NCBI RefSeq assembly: GCF_001194135.2
Contig: NC_068989.1
Coordinates: 52,264,963-52,328,962, forward strand
DNA from: Octopus bimaculoides
Lineage: Eukaryota
Length of the DNA: 64,000 nucleotides
Direction of reading: 5' to 3'
Each line of letters starts with the position of its first letter. Within the stretch, counting starts at the first letter, position 1. This document shows, piece after piece, positions 37,901-52,899 of this stretch. The notes under the pieces are model-generated. The model did not search any database. It was not told where the DNA came from and worked only from the letters and a program-made list of their open reading frames with translations. A program made the translations under genes and the position numbers.

Positions 37901-40626
37901 TGGAGTAAATAATTCGCGAAAAATTAATTTGCGAAGATAACTCTAATATTATCAAGATGACAATTAAAAATTATGACAGAATCAATAATACAGGTGATTG
38001 CAGGCCCACCACCCTACAAAAAAAACATTAGGTATATATATATGTAATTACACACACCCATACTCATACATATATCCATAACACGTTTGCACACAAACGC
38101 CCCTGCAGGAGGCACTGACGCACAGGTATTCGCACGTGCTAACCAATAACGCGCCCACATCCACGTACTCATGTATCTGGTATATATGCACACACTCACC
38201 GGCCTTGCTTCTGTCGGTTTCCAAGTATCTTGAAAGGCTTGCCAGACACCAACTTAAGGTCGAAATATTAGAATAGTTTACCACCCAGATAAATATAAAC
38301 AGTGTTACTGCAACTAGAAATAATAAACAGAAATAAATTAAAAAATACTACTAAAGTAATATATTAGCTGCACAGTAAAGCAGAAATAGAACCTCAAACA
38401 AGCATTTCAACATTTTGATGGCCTGATAATATAGAATTGCGTACATAAATGTGCAACAATACTGAACTTCCGTCTTCTTAGTAGCAATATTTGTAATGAA
38501 TGAAGTATAACAAACAACTTGAAATGTTGCAAATGAGCATTAATTTCCTTTTGAATCTGATCAGCCTGGAAACATCCAAAATATTGTATTTACATTGCTG
38601 ACATGATATCATTTTTCTTTTGTTATCCTTTATAGATTCAATAAGTATATTAACTCTGTTCCATGCATTATCCATGAGTTTCAACATCTTGCGCTGCTAA
38701 CTTTTTAGAAGATTATTACAGTTATCGGATTAGGATCAGAAATATTAAATCATTTGAATGCCAACATTTTCGAATTCTTTGATCGTTTCCACCATAAGAA
38801 AATTATACTTTTATGAATATTGTCAATATATATTAATATTAATATCTTCTGAGGGTTAAATATTTGAAAGATAGGCGGAAACTGTCAGTGCAAATAGTAG
38901 GAAATGAATGCAGAAAAACATCGAGAATATTTGTTAATAAATATCACGCTGCAAGCCTTCCTAAATTTCATAAATATTACAAATCTTATGTAATAGAAAC
39001 ACGAAATATTACGTAATCAACACTGAGAGAGGACATTTTCTTAACGCGATAATGACAATAGTGTTAATAAAGAAAAATAATAACTTTAATAGAAACCATG
39101 TTGCAAGTGTCAAACACAAGCACACAATACATTAACCAAAGAGAAATATAATAAACCTGCTCCTTAACGAAAGAGTATGGAAATTAAGAGATTAAGTAAG
39201 GTATCTGCGCATGATTAAAACAAACGATGCTTAATGAAGACTATAGATTTTGTCAAACGTTTTAGAAGATGGATATTAAGCAATAAATTGATTGGTACTA
39301 TTTTTAACATATAAAAGAAAACGAATTACATGACTTCCTACAGGTCATATGCGCTACAGCCACAAATATTTTTTGAGTACATTTGGCAAGACTTATGTTT
39401 ATGACTATAGATAGCTAATTAGATAGATAGATAAATCGATAGACAGATAGATAGAGGGAGAGAGAGAGATAAAGACACAAAGGCACATATGTATACAAAA
39501 AGCTTCCATTTCCTGGGTCCAGTAACGTATGGCGGGGTAAGTATATCGATATTGACCGGACAGACCATGAGTCTATGACAAGCATTGACGTATAATATGG
39601 CGATGGTTACACATATCTCATGATTATGATGCTCATATTCCCGGTAAATTTAGGAAAATTCGATTTCTTAGACTCTTATCATGACATAAATTTGTGTGTT
39701 TACGAACTTCACCATGAACAGAAGCGTTGGTTGTTATGGCATTATGATATCAATAAATAAGAACAATCAAATATTTCACTCACGACGAAAACATGCACAT
39801 TGTTTCGTTGTAGCGGATTTCAAGATAGATTTTGGAATTGTGATATCTTTTACAAAGAACTAGGAAGATATATATAGAGAGAGAGACAAATATATGATAT
39901 TAAGTATAATTTTGATATTTCGTAATGTTCATTAATACACAGGAATGCAAATCTCATGTACGTTACGAAAGAAGCGGCAAAATAGTGAATGGTTAACTTG
40001 TCAGATTATACGTTGTGCAAAAATGTTAAACTCTAACTTTTTCTGTGTATGTTGTTGAAGACGCAACAAATGATACGTACTAGATCTCAATCACGAAACA
40101 TCTTGAAAATATTTCGTTGAATATATTTTTGACAACATAGTGATATTTGTCTATATCAGGGAGAATAGTTTTTAACACTATTGGTCACATTTGCATGTAT
40201 CACAACTGGAAGGACATTTGGAACAGAATGTGCAAGGAAATCTCTGTACCATGAATCATTGAATGCATTTCATAGGAAGGGAGAAAATATTCATGAAAAA
40301 AACTCACAACTGTTTCGTATATTCCATAAAAGTGAGTTTATATTTTCGTTGTTGTAATTTTACCCATTCATTAAAGGCAGAATATATTATTCTTTTTTGT
40401 AGATCCATTGTTGTGTAACTGAATCGAGACGATACTTCTTCGTGCTGGATCTATTTAATTCATATTGATAACCATATACATGATTATGGTTTTCAATTAA
40501 AAGCTATAACTAGATTTATGTAGTTTATATTATACAAAATTATATCAATAATAATGATAATTGCTTTTACTCAAAATGCAACACGATAAATCAACTATAT
40601 ATCACAAATGTTACAATACTAGAATC

Positions 40627-41054
40627 GGATATGGCTGTGTGGTAAGAAGCTTGCTTCCCAACCACATGGTTTCGGGTTCAGTCCCACTTCTTGGTATATT
40701 GTGAAAATGTCTTCTACTATGAGCTAGGATTGATCAAAGCTTTGTGAGTGGATTTGGTAGAGGGAAACTGAAGGAAGCCCGTCGTGTATATATATGTATA
40801 TATATTTATTAGTATGTGTCTTTGTGTCTATGTCCCCCTCCACAAACACACACACACACAATCGTTTGACAACCGATATTGGTACGTTTAAGTCCCCGAA
40901 GCTTAGCTGTTCGGCATAGAGACCCATAAAAAGTACTAGGCTTAGAAAGAATAAGTCTTGCGGTCGATTGCGACTAATGCCACTCAAGGTTGTGCTCCAG
41001 CATGGCTGCAGACAAATGAATGAAACGTGTAAAAGAATAAAAGAATATAAGAAT
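40627..41054 (+). mobile_element. Diverged tRNA-derived SINE (OK/OR-type)
   Basis: Collinear with 30898-31310. Confidence 0.85.
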
Positions 41055-43292
41055 TACGTCTGATCTCTATAAGTATACAAACAAGTTGCAGTCTTAATTG
41101 TTGTAAGCAAACCACGAGGATATTTGAAACAAGCAAGATTCTGGAAAAGTTTTACCTGACAAATGAGGAGTGACCTCAAACTTCTCAATGATTTTCATAA
41201 TGAGAATTTAATTTTCTTTTTGTGTGCATTTGTTTGTTTGTGTGTGAATGCGTTTGCGTATGCTTGTGCGTACCCATAAACTCTGTCCACTTTTTCCTTT
41301 GTATGCAGAAGTTGGTGTTCTCCAGAGCTAAATACCTTGATCTTGTTTTTAATATTCTAACCTTCTCCCTGCCTCGCATTGAAAATTGTGCGGTCTCCAG
41401 TTTTCTTCTTGTCTTTCTGTCGCATCTTATTGTTTTCATCACTCCTCTTTTGTATTCCTTTCTATATCTGCATACTAACACTATGCATACGCCTTTCACC
41501 TCCCTGCTTCGTTTTCAATTTTTCTCCTGCTGCTTTTAATTTCTCATCTTCTCCGTCTATATGTTAATCTTTTAAACATCTCTTACTGTCACACTCGCTT
41601 ACTCATAGTATCCTGTCATCTATTTCCCCATGTCTGTTTCCTTTCTATTTTCCACAGTTTAGTGCACCTCTTTTAAAGTAATTTTAATTAAATTCAGCAT
41701 GAAATCACCATGTACTGAGAGTGTGTTCAAATCAAGTCATGACCAAATATAATTTTCCTTTGAATGGCGATTCGAAGGTTAATAAAAACGAAAAGTCACA
41801 AGTGATCATGCAAATATAACCTTTCAGCACATAAATCGATTGCAAGCGGATGTGAAAATGTTAGCAACAAGAAAAGAGTGGAGGTAAATAGATACTTACA
41901 CAATAGTAAAATAGAAAGTGTGTTGTAGCTATAAAGACATGATGCGTCCTAAGGTCTGCATTCTTCAAAATCTGTTTCATACCTAGTACTTTATGCTAAT
42001 TAGTTCATAGTTAATACAAATTATTTTACCTACCTGCATCGAAGTCAAATACCATTCTTCGACTTCTCAGTCTGAAAGTTCGTGCAACATGAGAAAGTTA
42101 GAGTAACATGAGAAGAACGTATTTACCAGATGAAATTAATAAAGATGTAACTGAAAGAATGTTGAACCAGTTTTGGCATCAATCATTATGGTAGCCATCG
42201 ATAAATGCCCGAATAATCCCAATATGCAATGGTATAACTTCTCACGACTCGGTTAATTCGCTTGTCCAGAAATGCTCAAATCTACGTGCTACTGAAAGAC
42301 GGTTGAAAATCAAGATGAAATCCTTTCACAGCCAGGGTTCCCTGTTTCGGCCTAAGAAACGTGATGGATTCTAATACTAATTATCAAATATTTGGGCTGG
42401 TCGCAACATGAATATCATTCAATAGTAAAAGCTGGATTGCCATAAGCATGCTCAAATTCATTCCATTTTTATCGGTGGAGTTTTATAACTCTAGAAAAAT
42501 ATAATTCAGTCTTTAATATTCATAAAACCCAGTTGTTTATTAGTTGCAGTGTTGTCAGAAGGAATTCAGTTTACATCGAAAAGAAACGCATGAAAGTGTT
42601 TTCAAGTTGTTTTGTCAAGGATACGCAACCATTAAGTTGATCCTCCACTAGCCTGTAAAATGATCTGAGAAAACATTGGAGACACGTGACAGAATATTCC
42701 TGCACTTGCGTGAAAACAGATTTGAAATAGGACTTCTTAGCTGGTGACCTTTATCTTACTTTGTCATTCATTCCAAAACGAAGAAAACCCGAAGACATTT
42801 AGGTGTAATTCGAAATATAGATTTATATCTATGTTATAATGGTAGGTTCACATCTTCAAGCCCTCAGTCTTATTGCGTATATTTGTCGGTATATTTTGGA
42901 AAACATTGTTACGATTTTGAGAGGAAATATTTCGTTCCGAAATTTGTGGGATCACTGACCCAATCGTTAAAACAGTATCTGAAATGGCAGGGTTGGTAGT
43001 CTACCTGAAAACATCACTACTTAATCCACTAGTAATTGACAAAGAATTAGATATCGCTCGAACATGCTATGATCAATGACATGTTTACAAATAAAAACTA
43101 ACACTATTGCGCTTAATTAATATAGTGATGTTAACAGAATTTTGTAACGTTAAATTATACATTATGGAAGATAGTCTAGTGAAACATTTATGTGTAATTC
43201 GGCTAGAGATTGAGCGGTACAGAAACGATTGTGAATAATAATAAAGCTGTTCTGTATACCTGCATGTCTTATTTAAAAGTGTTATATTATAC

Positions 43293-43327
<35 letters not shown>

Positions 43328-45107
43328 GAGAATTTCATTACATGATTTACTCCAAGCTACAGCTTACCTCTCTCTATTTACGAAGACTTTTCTGTTAATA
43401 TGACAAGCATTGTGAACTTCATGGAAGATAATATATTTCCCTAAGGACGACTACTATGTTATTGCATGGCTGCAATAATTTGGAAAATTGTATTAATGAA
43501 TGAATATTTTCCATACATGCAAGGCAAAGATTATTTAGGGTACCTTCGGCAGAGGCTTTTCATAATATATCGGATTTTCTATACGCTGAAGATATCTAGA
43601 TTCTTTAACATAATCCAAAAGGCTTGATTTTTTTTTTAGTTGGAATAGATGATGGTAGTAAAATCTTGTATCAAGAGTAGCAAAGAAAAAATATTGGAAC
43701 GTAGAACATTCATTATATTATTATAAGCGTTCATTACCTATACGCCTTTTAAATAAGTTGGTGCACCTTATTTAACAGATACGGATTTATTTTTATAAGT
43801 TGTAATGTGTAAAAATAAAACCAGCGATGCAAATTTACAGTCACCGTGTATCTAAGTGCTGCATACTGGAGAGAAAGGAAAAAAAATATAAAACAATACA
43901 AAAGTGAATTGCAATATCTATAAAGATTTTGAATAAAGTAAAACTTTTGATGATGATTTGCGTAAACAAATCATAGGAGAAAATTGCACATTAGATAATG
44001 AATAATTTGAGTTACAAATTGCATAAGAAAAAAAATAGGCGATGAGAAAAGACAGCAAAGCAAAAGTAAGAAACACTTGCTTGTTAAATTTTTAAATCAA
44101 TATGCAATGACCTTTCTCTGTAATTTAAAGATTTTCAAGTACTAGTATTCATAAAATCATTGTTTAGAAGGTACATTTGTATTTTTTCCACTGAACGAAT
44201 ATCATTCTCTCCTACTTTGAATGAAAGAAATATTTTATTAGCAAACTCACTGAAATGAAAGGGTAAATATATTATAAAGGTCACTTCTGTTAAAATGTAA
44301 GTCAATATTACTGACTTATAGTTTGAAGTAAATGAGAAAATAAATTACGAATTTCATGTCAACATGTATTAAAATAAATGTGATTCATTTAGGTATATCA
44401 GGTGGAGTTTTCAAATCACAGACGTGTTGAAACATAAACCAAATTAGATGTAATACGATTCTTAGATTGTATTAAATATATTATCACGGAATATTTAACT
44501 AAAAATAACAATATACTGCTTTTTACGTAAGCAATTTCATTTACTTAATAAATATATTTTCGTTTACTTTACAGCTTAAATATCAATTCACTAGCTTTTG
44601 AGCAAATGAAACGACCTTGGCATGCCCTATATTTCAAACGTTAGCAAAACAGTTTCATCAAAAAAATCACAATCTACCGTTTACGAATACATGATAGAAG
44701 TACTTTTTACACATTGTTTGGAAAATATGAAACTTGAATGCACGCACAGTTCTGTAACAAATATTCACTGAGATTATACACGTGTCAGTGGAGATTTTTG
44801 GATATCTCCAATAAGATATTTCTACATTACGTTAATGCTAAAAGTAACTAATTCATTGATTGAATTAAAGATTTGAAACATATCCTCATTTAGGGTACAC
44901 GGGCGGTCCACAGTGAGAAATATAAAGCAGAAACATCACGGATTGTCTAATATTTAATTTGTCTGTATTAATTAGTTTCGATAATGGTTGACAATATAAG
45001 TGTACGAAACAGATTAGATGAGAATATCTATTATCTGTTGTCTAAACAACAGATGATTAAATTATTATTTTTTTCTTTTAGAATATATCATTTAAAATTT
45101 ATTAAGT

Positions 45108-45880
45108 ACTAGCAGAGGCACCCGGCGTTGCTCGGGAATGAAATTGTTGCTTATATACATGAAGAAAAAAAGCAAAATATGCTGCATAGAAATTTGAGGA
45201 CATTCTGTAGATGGACTCTCAGATGAATGATGGCTGGGCGCCTCTCATGAATGGGGAAAATTGAAGATGTGCCAAAAAGCCTCATTGGTACTTGGAAACT
45301 TTTACGAAAATTAAAATGGGGATTAAATGAAAAAAATTATTTACGTGAATATCCTCAGAAGAGTAATTGAAATAAATGGCGATTGTGGACCCCCCCACGC
45401 ACGTACGCACGCGCGCGCGCATACACACGTGTGTCTTTGTAGATATGTTTGTATACATTTATGTATGTGTGTGTTTGTAAGAGACAGAGTGTAAGTGAGA
45501 GAGAGAGGTTTGTTGTCATGTATACGTACATGCATAAATATACAGAGTGTGAGTGAGTCAAGGGGTATGTGTGTGCGTGTGTATGTGTGTGAGACAGAGT
45601 GAGAGAGCGGTGTGTATGCAGTATTTACTCTCTCTCTCTCTCTCNNNNNNNNNNGTTGTTACGTCAATACCGGAAGTTGACATTGAGGAACCTTTTTAAA
45701 GAAGTGAATCTTAAATATAAAGCAATATTATTTATTTTTAATTTAAAAAATCAAATGAAGAGCCTAAGATTTATCCGAGGTCAAATTATTCATGCATTAC
45801 AAGTATGGAAGCATTTGGTGAAGTCGATTTCACGTGAAAAGCGATTACACACACATCTCTGTTTTATATATAGTATAGAT
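45108..45880 (+). mobile_element. Non-autonomous Helitron/Helentron-like element (Lep1-type architecture)
   Basis: 5' end ACTAGCAGAGGCACCCGGCGTTGCTCGGG, internal microsatellites, 3' end 'TTTTATATATAGTATAGAT'. Confidence 0.55.
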
Positions 45881-46776
45881 ATTTATATTACTTTACAATT
45901 TCATGTTATAATATTTGAGTAATAAAATATTCCTAAGTATAGATAAGTACTTTAATGAACTTTTAAGCAAGAATGAAGCTAGAATTATCTGAAAATTTAC
46001 GATTATGCATTGACAATTGATCAGTCTTCATACCGTTTTATTTTTCAGCTCAAAATGTAAAATGCTTTCATCAGTGAAACTTGCTGCGACATATTTGAAA
46101 CGACTATTAAGTCACATGTTTCTTCTCGTGTGTTAGTGTAGGCATTCAGATGATTTCTCTGTGTTTTTGCGTGAGTTTGCATTCTCTGTTACTCTGTGAG
46201 TGTTGTTAGTGCTATATAAGAAAGTACACAATTATCTCGTTCTTCCTCTTTAAGTAGTCACTACAGTCATAGAAAGTTACTTTATTTAGAACTCTCTTAC
46301 CTTGTTAGGACATAGAACAGAGCTCAGGCAGACGATGTTCATCCTTGTAGGTTTATATAAGGCATACTAACTGATTATTTTCTTTCTTAATGGATTCATT
46401 TGGCTGTTGCGAATCCACGAAGAAGAAAACACAAAGGGATACCCTCAACAACCCTGTATTTTATTTATAACTTCTTATTAGCGTTTCCTTAGATGTAATC
46501 TTTCATTTATCCAATCACGTTAATCCAGCCTCTTGCATTAATTAAATACGGAAGTGTACTAACATTTATCCATTATCACGTAAGCTTTTAATCTATATTT
46601 TGTGCTATTTACCTGAAGGGGAACAAGAAAAAGATAAAGCCAGTCGGTCCACGACTAACGTACAGGTAATAAGGCAAACTCACGCAAAAACACATTTTGA
46701 CTGTTCGAAAAGGCTTGGCAGAAATTTCAGTATATAGCATCTAGTCTTTGTAGTGAATAAATATATATGATATAGG

Positions 46777-47649
46777 TATGAAATGGTACCCAAAAGTAAT
46801 CGGAAATGTTCTCTGTGGGACAAGCCCTTGTAGGTCAGGCTTCCGCCGCTAGAAGCCGCTTGATGTGACCCACGCATCAGTCTACCGAATTGCGTCGTCG
46901 TATGAAGTCGTACTGTCACGTAGTGCGTCTTTGTTTTGCAATGCTTCTTCCCTGTTCGTCGATTTTTTTCGATAGCTGAAACGATGGAACAGCGTACTTC
47001 TGTGGAATTCTGTTTTCTACTGGAGAAAACGATGGCCGAAACAGTGGTCATGTTTCAAACAGCTTACAATGACTGTGCCAAGGGCAAAGCACAATATTAC
47101 AAGTGGTTTCCACGCTTTAGGAATGGTCACTTTTCGCTTGAAGGCCAACCTCTTTCAGGACGACCGTTGATTTCCCCAATCGGATGAAAACATCATGAAA
47201 ATTCGTGAACTGATCCTGGAGGACCGTCAACGAATAATTGACGAACTTGCTGTTATGACTGGTGTATTCTGGAGCTCCTGCAAACGAATGTGAAGCTAGG
47301 AATTGCGAATGAAAAGAGCTGCTGCAAAATTTGTACTTCACTTGCTCACGGAAGATCAAAAGATTGAAATTGTGCTGTGAACTGAAAGAAAAATTGAATG
47401 CCGATCCGGACCTTTTTTCGAAGGTCATCAGTGGTGTTAAAAGCTGGTACTACGGAATTTGCGTATGTGGAAGAGTTGAAGAAAATATGTCGGAGGCGTT
47501 CAAAGACATCACTTCGCAAGAGTTCCAGGACTGCTTCGAACAGTGGATAACGTCATGCATTGCTCCAAATTGAGAATACTTTGAGGGCGACAAAAGTATA
47601 AACATGTAAAACTGAGTGAAATTTAGTTTCTTTGGGATGCCCCCTCGTA
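46777..47649 (+). mobile_element. Internally deleted mariner (DD34D-type) transposon
   Basis: 'MEQRTSVEFCFLLEKTMAETVVMFQTAY..SGRP', 'KIRELILEDR', 'DPDLFSKVISG' and C-terminal 'EYFEGDK'. The 3' terminus is ...GGGATGCCCCTCGTA; the 5' TIR is degenerate. Confidence 0.88.
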
Positions 47650-48010
47650 TATACTATACGTTTTCCAAGTTCATGGTACAAGATACTACGAGAAGCCTGT
47701 CCAAAAAGACATTTCGTTGAGATCATACGCAGGAATTCAAAGCTGTAATTCTACGATCGAACCACCTAACCTTGCCTGCAACAAATACTTACTTACACAC
47801 ACTTACACATAGAGACGTACATACGCATTTACCACAATAATTACATATGCAAACGATGAAGTTTTCAACTTATTTGAATCCTAAGTTTCGAGTACTCACA
47901 TTAAGTAAACGTTATGAAAAGATACCACTGCTAGTCAACATTTAAAAATATGACTTCGTGTTGATATACATACATACACATATACATACATACACACACG
48001 CATACATACA

Positions 48011-48042
<32 letters not shown>

Positions 48043-48935
48043 ATGTATATATATCTATGTATATATATATATATATATNNNNNNNNNNNNNNNNNNNNNN
48101 NNNNNNNNNNNNNNNNNNNNNNNNNNNNNNNNNNNNNNNNNNNNNNNNNNNNNNNNNNNNNNNNNNNNNNNNNNNNNNNNNNNNNNNNNNNNNNNNNNNN
48201 NNNNNNNNNNNNNNNNNNNNNNNNNNNNNNNNNNNNNNNNNNNNNNNNNNNNNNNNNNNNNNNNNNNNNNNNNNNNNNNNNNNNNNNNNNNNNNNNNNNN
48301 NNNNNNNNNNNNNNNNNNNNNNNNNNNNNNNNNNNNNNNNNNNNNNNNNNNNNNNNNNNNNNNNNNNNNNNNNNNNNNNNNNNNNNNNNNNNNNNNNNNN
48401 NNNNNNNNNNNNNNNNNNNNNNNNNNNNNNNNNNNNNNNNNNNNNNNNNNNNNNNNNNNNNNNNNNNNNNNNNNNNNNNNNNNNNNNNNNNNNNNNNNNN
48501 NNNNNNNNNNNNNNNNNNNNNNNNNNNNNNNNNNNNNNNNNNNNNNNNNATATATATATAATTATTTGTAGGATTCGTTTGAATCAAGGTATTTTGTATA
48601 TACAGAATAAGGACACTACTGCACTACTGCCTATATCCATGTATCTACGAACATGTGCAGACAATAACATATAAATGCACATGAACAGATCAATATACAC
48701 ATGCATATAGATGTACATATACATGAAATTATATACCCATGTATTCCGGCGTGCAGTTTTGACGACCCACTATGAGTTCTAGATCTAACATAGGGAAGAT
48801 TGCAAGTGAGGTATTCACATAAGACTGTAGCAACCCTTAACCCATCTGTGTTCTTTCTTTACACACACACGTGTGTGTGTATGTGTGTGTGTATGTGTGT
48901 GTAAATGTGTGTGTGTTTGTGAGTTTGTGTGTGTA

Positions 48936-48974
<39 letters not shown>

Positions 48975-48976
<2 letters not shown>

Positions 48977-49950
48977 ATTGTTCTGACAAGTAATCTTTTC
49001 AGGACCACTAGTCCGATGGTTATATTCTTTGATGTAACACAGCTCAACGCTAAGTCTAAAACTTTCCCAACTGTTATTCCTGAGCTCGTTTGTGCTGACA
49101 CAGAAAGAATGCAGGCTATAATAGGTCTCTTCTCTATTGCATGTGGACTTTTGGAGTTTCCCTCAGTTTGACGAAGAGAAAATCATGTTCTCTCTGCCTC
49201 CGTGCTACAATTATGTCTAACGTAGATTTGGTTAAGTATTTCGTCTAACTTGTCAACGTTCCCTGCTGTTTCGTTGATTCTGAACTAAACTGAGGAACGA
49301 AAATTTAATTAATCATGTACAAGGCTTGAAGATCGTGTATAGTCTGACAAAGCCATTACCAACAAAATCCAAGCTCAGTTCTATGAATCATGTGTCTTAA
49401 CTCTCTTTTTATACTCTTCTGCGACTAGGACCAAAGCCTTGGGAATATTCTATCATGCTTGCTTCAGTTGGATCCTAAGCATCAAATGGTAGTCCGTAAC
49501 ACAAGGCATTGTTATTCTTCAGCAAGCCAACACATGCTGTATTAAGATGCTCATATTACGTAATGAAATGCGTTGGATTGGAACCCTTGCAAGGGTAGAT
49601 AAGGACAAGTTGTCTACGCAGTTGATTCACGAGGAATGGCAACATGGTAAACGACTGGAACCTGAAAAATGGTTCGGAAATGTCGTGAGAAGTGACCTCA
49701 AAACTGTTATATTAGAGACGTGGAATAGAAGACAGAAAAATTCAAACCGTTTAGAGAGAAACTTACGGTAGTTGCAAAGTACTGCAACACAGAGAATGGA
49801 ACACTCCATCTTGAAACGAACTCCTTAAGCAGCATTTGATCTCAATCCCAGTTACTTTACGCCTGCATCATTTGTTGTGGATCCACAGCCGTATATACTA
49901 CGTATATGGGATCTCATGACAGCATTTCGTAGTTAGAGAAATGGTAATCA
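48975..49950 (+). mobile_element. 5'-truncated, decayed RTE-clade LINE
   Basis: 'LNAKSK..ELVCADTERMQAII.LFSIAC', 'YESCVLTLFLYSS', 'WILSIKW' and 'MRWIGTLARVDKDKLSTQL..GKR' match the RTE RT C-terminal region. Confidence 0.75.
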
Positions 49951-51358
49951 TCGTGTGTGTGTGTGTGTGTGACTTTTAGCAAAATCGTTAAAGATATAAT
50001 AACTGATGTGGACTGTAATAATTAGACTTAAAATGTATGAGTAATCTCTGTATTTCTTATCTTGTCTGTTGCCTGTTCGTTCGTGCGTGTGTCAGTCTTC
50101 GTAATACGAACTATATATGTATGCATAGGTTGGTTAATATTGCAGTAGGTGTGCTTGTGTGTGCATCTCGCGGTGCAGAGCATCTCGCCAGGTGATCTTA
50201 CAAATGGTATTTCGTTAAATAAACCCTGTTTTGCTGGGTTTTGATAAGGCATATGGTAGTGACCGTAGGTCGAAGCTGTTGTGCAGGGATGGTAAGGGAC
50301 AGATTCCATAGCGTTGTTATAGACAATTGTCTGCATGTATTTAGTAGCAAATTTTTGTGAGCAATAACATTTTCTTCTATATTCCATTTTCTGTCTCTAT
50401 GATTTGATATATATATATATATATATATANNNNNNNNNNNNNNNNNNNNNNNNNNNNNNNNNNNNNNNNNNNNNNNNNNNNNNNNNNNNNNNNNNNNNNN
50501 NNNNNNNNNNNNNNNNNNNNNNNNNNNNNNNNNNNNNNNNNNNNNNNNNNNNNNNNNNNNNNNNNNNNNNNNNNNNNNNNNNNNNNNNNNNNNNNNNNNN
50601 NNNNNNNNNNNNNNNNNNNNNNNNNNNNNNNNNNNNNNNNNNNNNNNNNNNNNNNNNNNNNNNNNNNNNNNNNNNNNNNNNNNNNNNNNNNNNNNNNNNN
50701 NNNNNNNNNNNNNNNNNNNNNNNNNNNNNNNNNNNNNNNNNNNNNNNNNNNNNNNNNNNNNNNNNNNNNNNNNNNNNNNNNNNNNNNNNNNNNNNNNNNN
50801 NNNNNNNNNNNNNNNNNNNNNNNNNNNNNNNNNNNNNNNNNNNNNNNNNNNNNNNNNNNNNNNNNNNNNNNNNNNNNNNNNNNNNNNNNNNNNNNNNNNN
50901 NNNNNNNNNNNNNNNNNNNNNNNNNNNNNNNNNNNNNNNNNNNNNNNNNNNNNNNNNNNNNNNNNNNNNNNNNNNNNNNNNNNNNNNNNNNNNNNNNNNN
51001 NNNNNNNNNNNNNNNNNNNNNNNNNNNNNNNNNNNNNNNNNNNNNNNNNNNNNNNNNNNNNNNNNNNNNNNNNNNNNNNNNNNNNNNNNNNNNNNNNNNN
51101 NNNNNNNNNNNNNNNNNNNNNNNNNNNNNNNNNNNNNNNNNNNNNNNNNNNNNNNNNNNNNNNNNNNNNNNNNNNNNNNNNNNNNNNNNNNNNNNNNNNN
51201 NNNNNNNNNNNNNNNNNNNNNNNNNNNNNNNNNNNNNNNNNNNNNNNNNNNNNNNNNNNNNNNNNNNNNNNNNNNNNNNNNNNNNNNNNNNNNNNNNNNN
51301 NNNNNNNNNNNNNNNNNNNNNNNNNNNNNNNNNNNNNNNNNNNNNNNNNNNNNNNNNN

Positions 51359-51389
<31 letters not shown>

Positions 51390-52736
51390 GTGTGTGTGCG
51401 TATAAACATATGTATATTTATACATGTGTGTCATATAACACACAGAAACACGCACACTATCTCTCTATCTATCTCACACATACATAGGTATACGTATATA
51501 TATCTGCGGGTCATATAATATGTGTGGGTGTGTGTGTGTGTATAAATATGCATATATTTAAAGACAGAGAGAGATTGAATAATCGATCGATCGATAGAGA
51601 GAGAGATAAATAGATAGACAGACAGATAGATTAATTGGTTGGTGGGCGTAAAAGCTAAGGGTGATAGAGAAATTTACATGAAAGAAAAGAGGCGGTAACG
51701 TTAAGTTTTTAGTTTAAAGTATGCATTAATTTAAAAGAGTGTAAGAATGGGCGGGTAAAATAATTTATTGATTCATTAAATTATGTGTGAGTAAAGTGTT
51801 CGGCATTAGGTAAAAATGTATGTCTTTAGAAACGGTGTATGTGTGTGATTGAGAGAGACAGACAGGCAGACAGAGAGGAGAGAGGTTTGGAAAGAGATCA
51901 AAAAGGAAAGACAAGGTCATTTTAAATTTAAACGCTTTCTTGCATACCAGTTGTGAACATTTAAAACATAGTCAGACAAACTGAAATTTTTTCGTGTATA
52001 TTCATACATAGGTGTAAGTATATACAAATGTAAATGTATTTGGGCATATGCATTTACATATACTTGCATACATACACGCACAATCTTGTATGCACGTGGG
52101 TTGACGTATACGTATATAGAGAGAGATAAACACTTGCAGAGGCACACTTATCTCTCTCTCTTTCGCTTTCCTTCTCTCTCCCCCTCTCTCTTTCTCTATC
52201 TATCTATCTATCTATCTATCCATCCATCCCTATCCAGCTACCTACCAACCAATATATATATATATATATATATATATANNNNNNNNNNNNNNNNNNNNNN
52301 NNNNNNNNNNNNNNNNNNNNNNNNNNNNNNNNNNNNNNNNNNNNNNNNNNNNNNNNNNNNNNNNNNNNNNNNNNNNNNNNNNNNNNNNNNNNNNNNNNNN
52401 NNNNNNNNNNNNNNNNNNNNNNNNNNNNNNNNNNNNNNNNNNNNNNNNNNNNNNNNNNNNNNNNNNNNNNNNNNNNNNNNNNNNNNNNNNNNNNNNNNNN
52501 NNNNNNNNNNNNNNNNNNNNNNNNNNNNNNNNNNNNNNNNNNNNNNNNNNNATATAATTTTTGTGTTTATGTATAGATTATGCATATAAGTGTTAATGTA
52601 CTTATGAATGATTACATATATATATATATGAACGTATGTATGTATGTATATATACATATATAATTTTTGTGTTTATGTATAGATTATGCATATAAGTGTT
52701 AATGTACTTATGAATGATTACATATATATATATATG

Positions 52737-52779
<43 letters not shown>

Positions 52780-52899
52780 TTAGATATGCATGATATACAT
52801 ATTTATGCACGAACACACAGACATATACAAGAAGGTTGTATCGAACGAAAAGCAAAAGTCATAACCTTTATATTAACTGCTATACGTCACTCAAATTGT

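Noticed and set aside
40160-40331. Signal-peptide-like FLTLLVTFACITTG frame ending at a GTGAGT donor
   Set aside because: There is an in-frame stop just after the acceptor and no ATG.
41185-41499. ORF containing 'CDRKTRRKL', reminiscent of R4-clade RT
   Set aside because: The match is only a few residues and the surrounding sequence does not fit.
42108-42380. ~90-codon near-ORF (MRRTYLPDEINKDVTERMLNQFW...)
   Set aside because: It has an internal stop and no recognisable motif, as expected by chance or from a decayed TE.
48079-51358. Many gaps bordered by (TA)n
   Set aside because: This is typical short-read assembly failure at AT repeats, not evidence of biology.
52554-52735. Exact ~75-bp direct repeat next to a gap
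   Set aside because: It sits at a gap edge, so it may be an assembly artefact or a trivial recent duplication.
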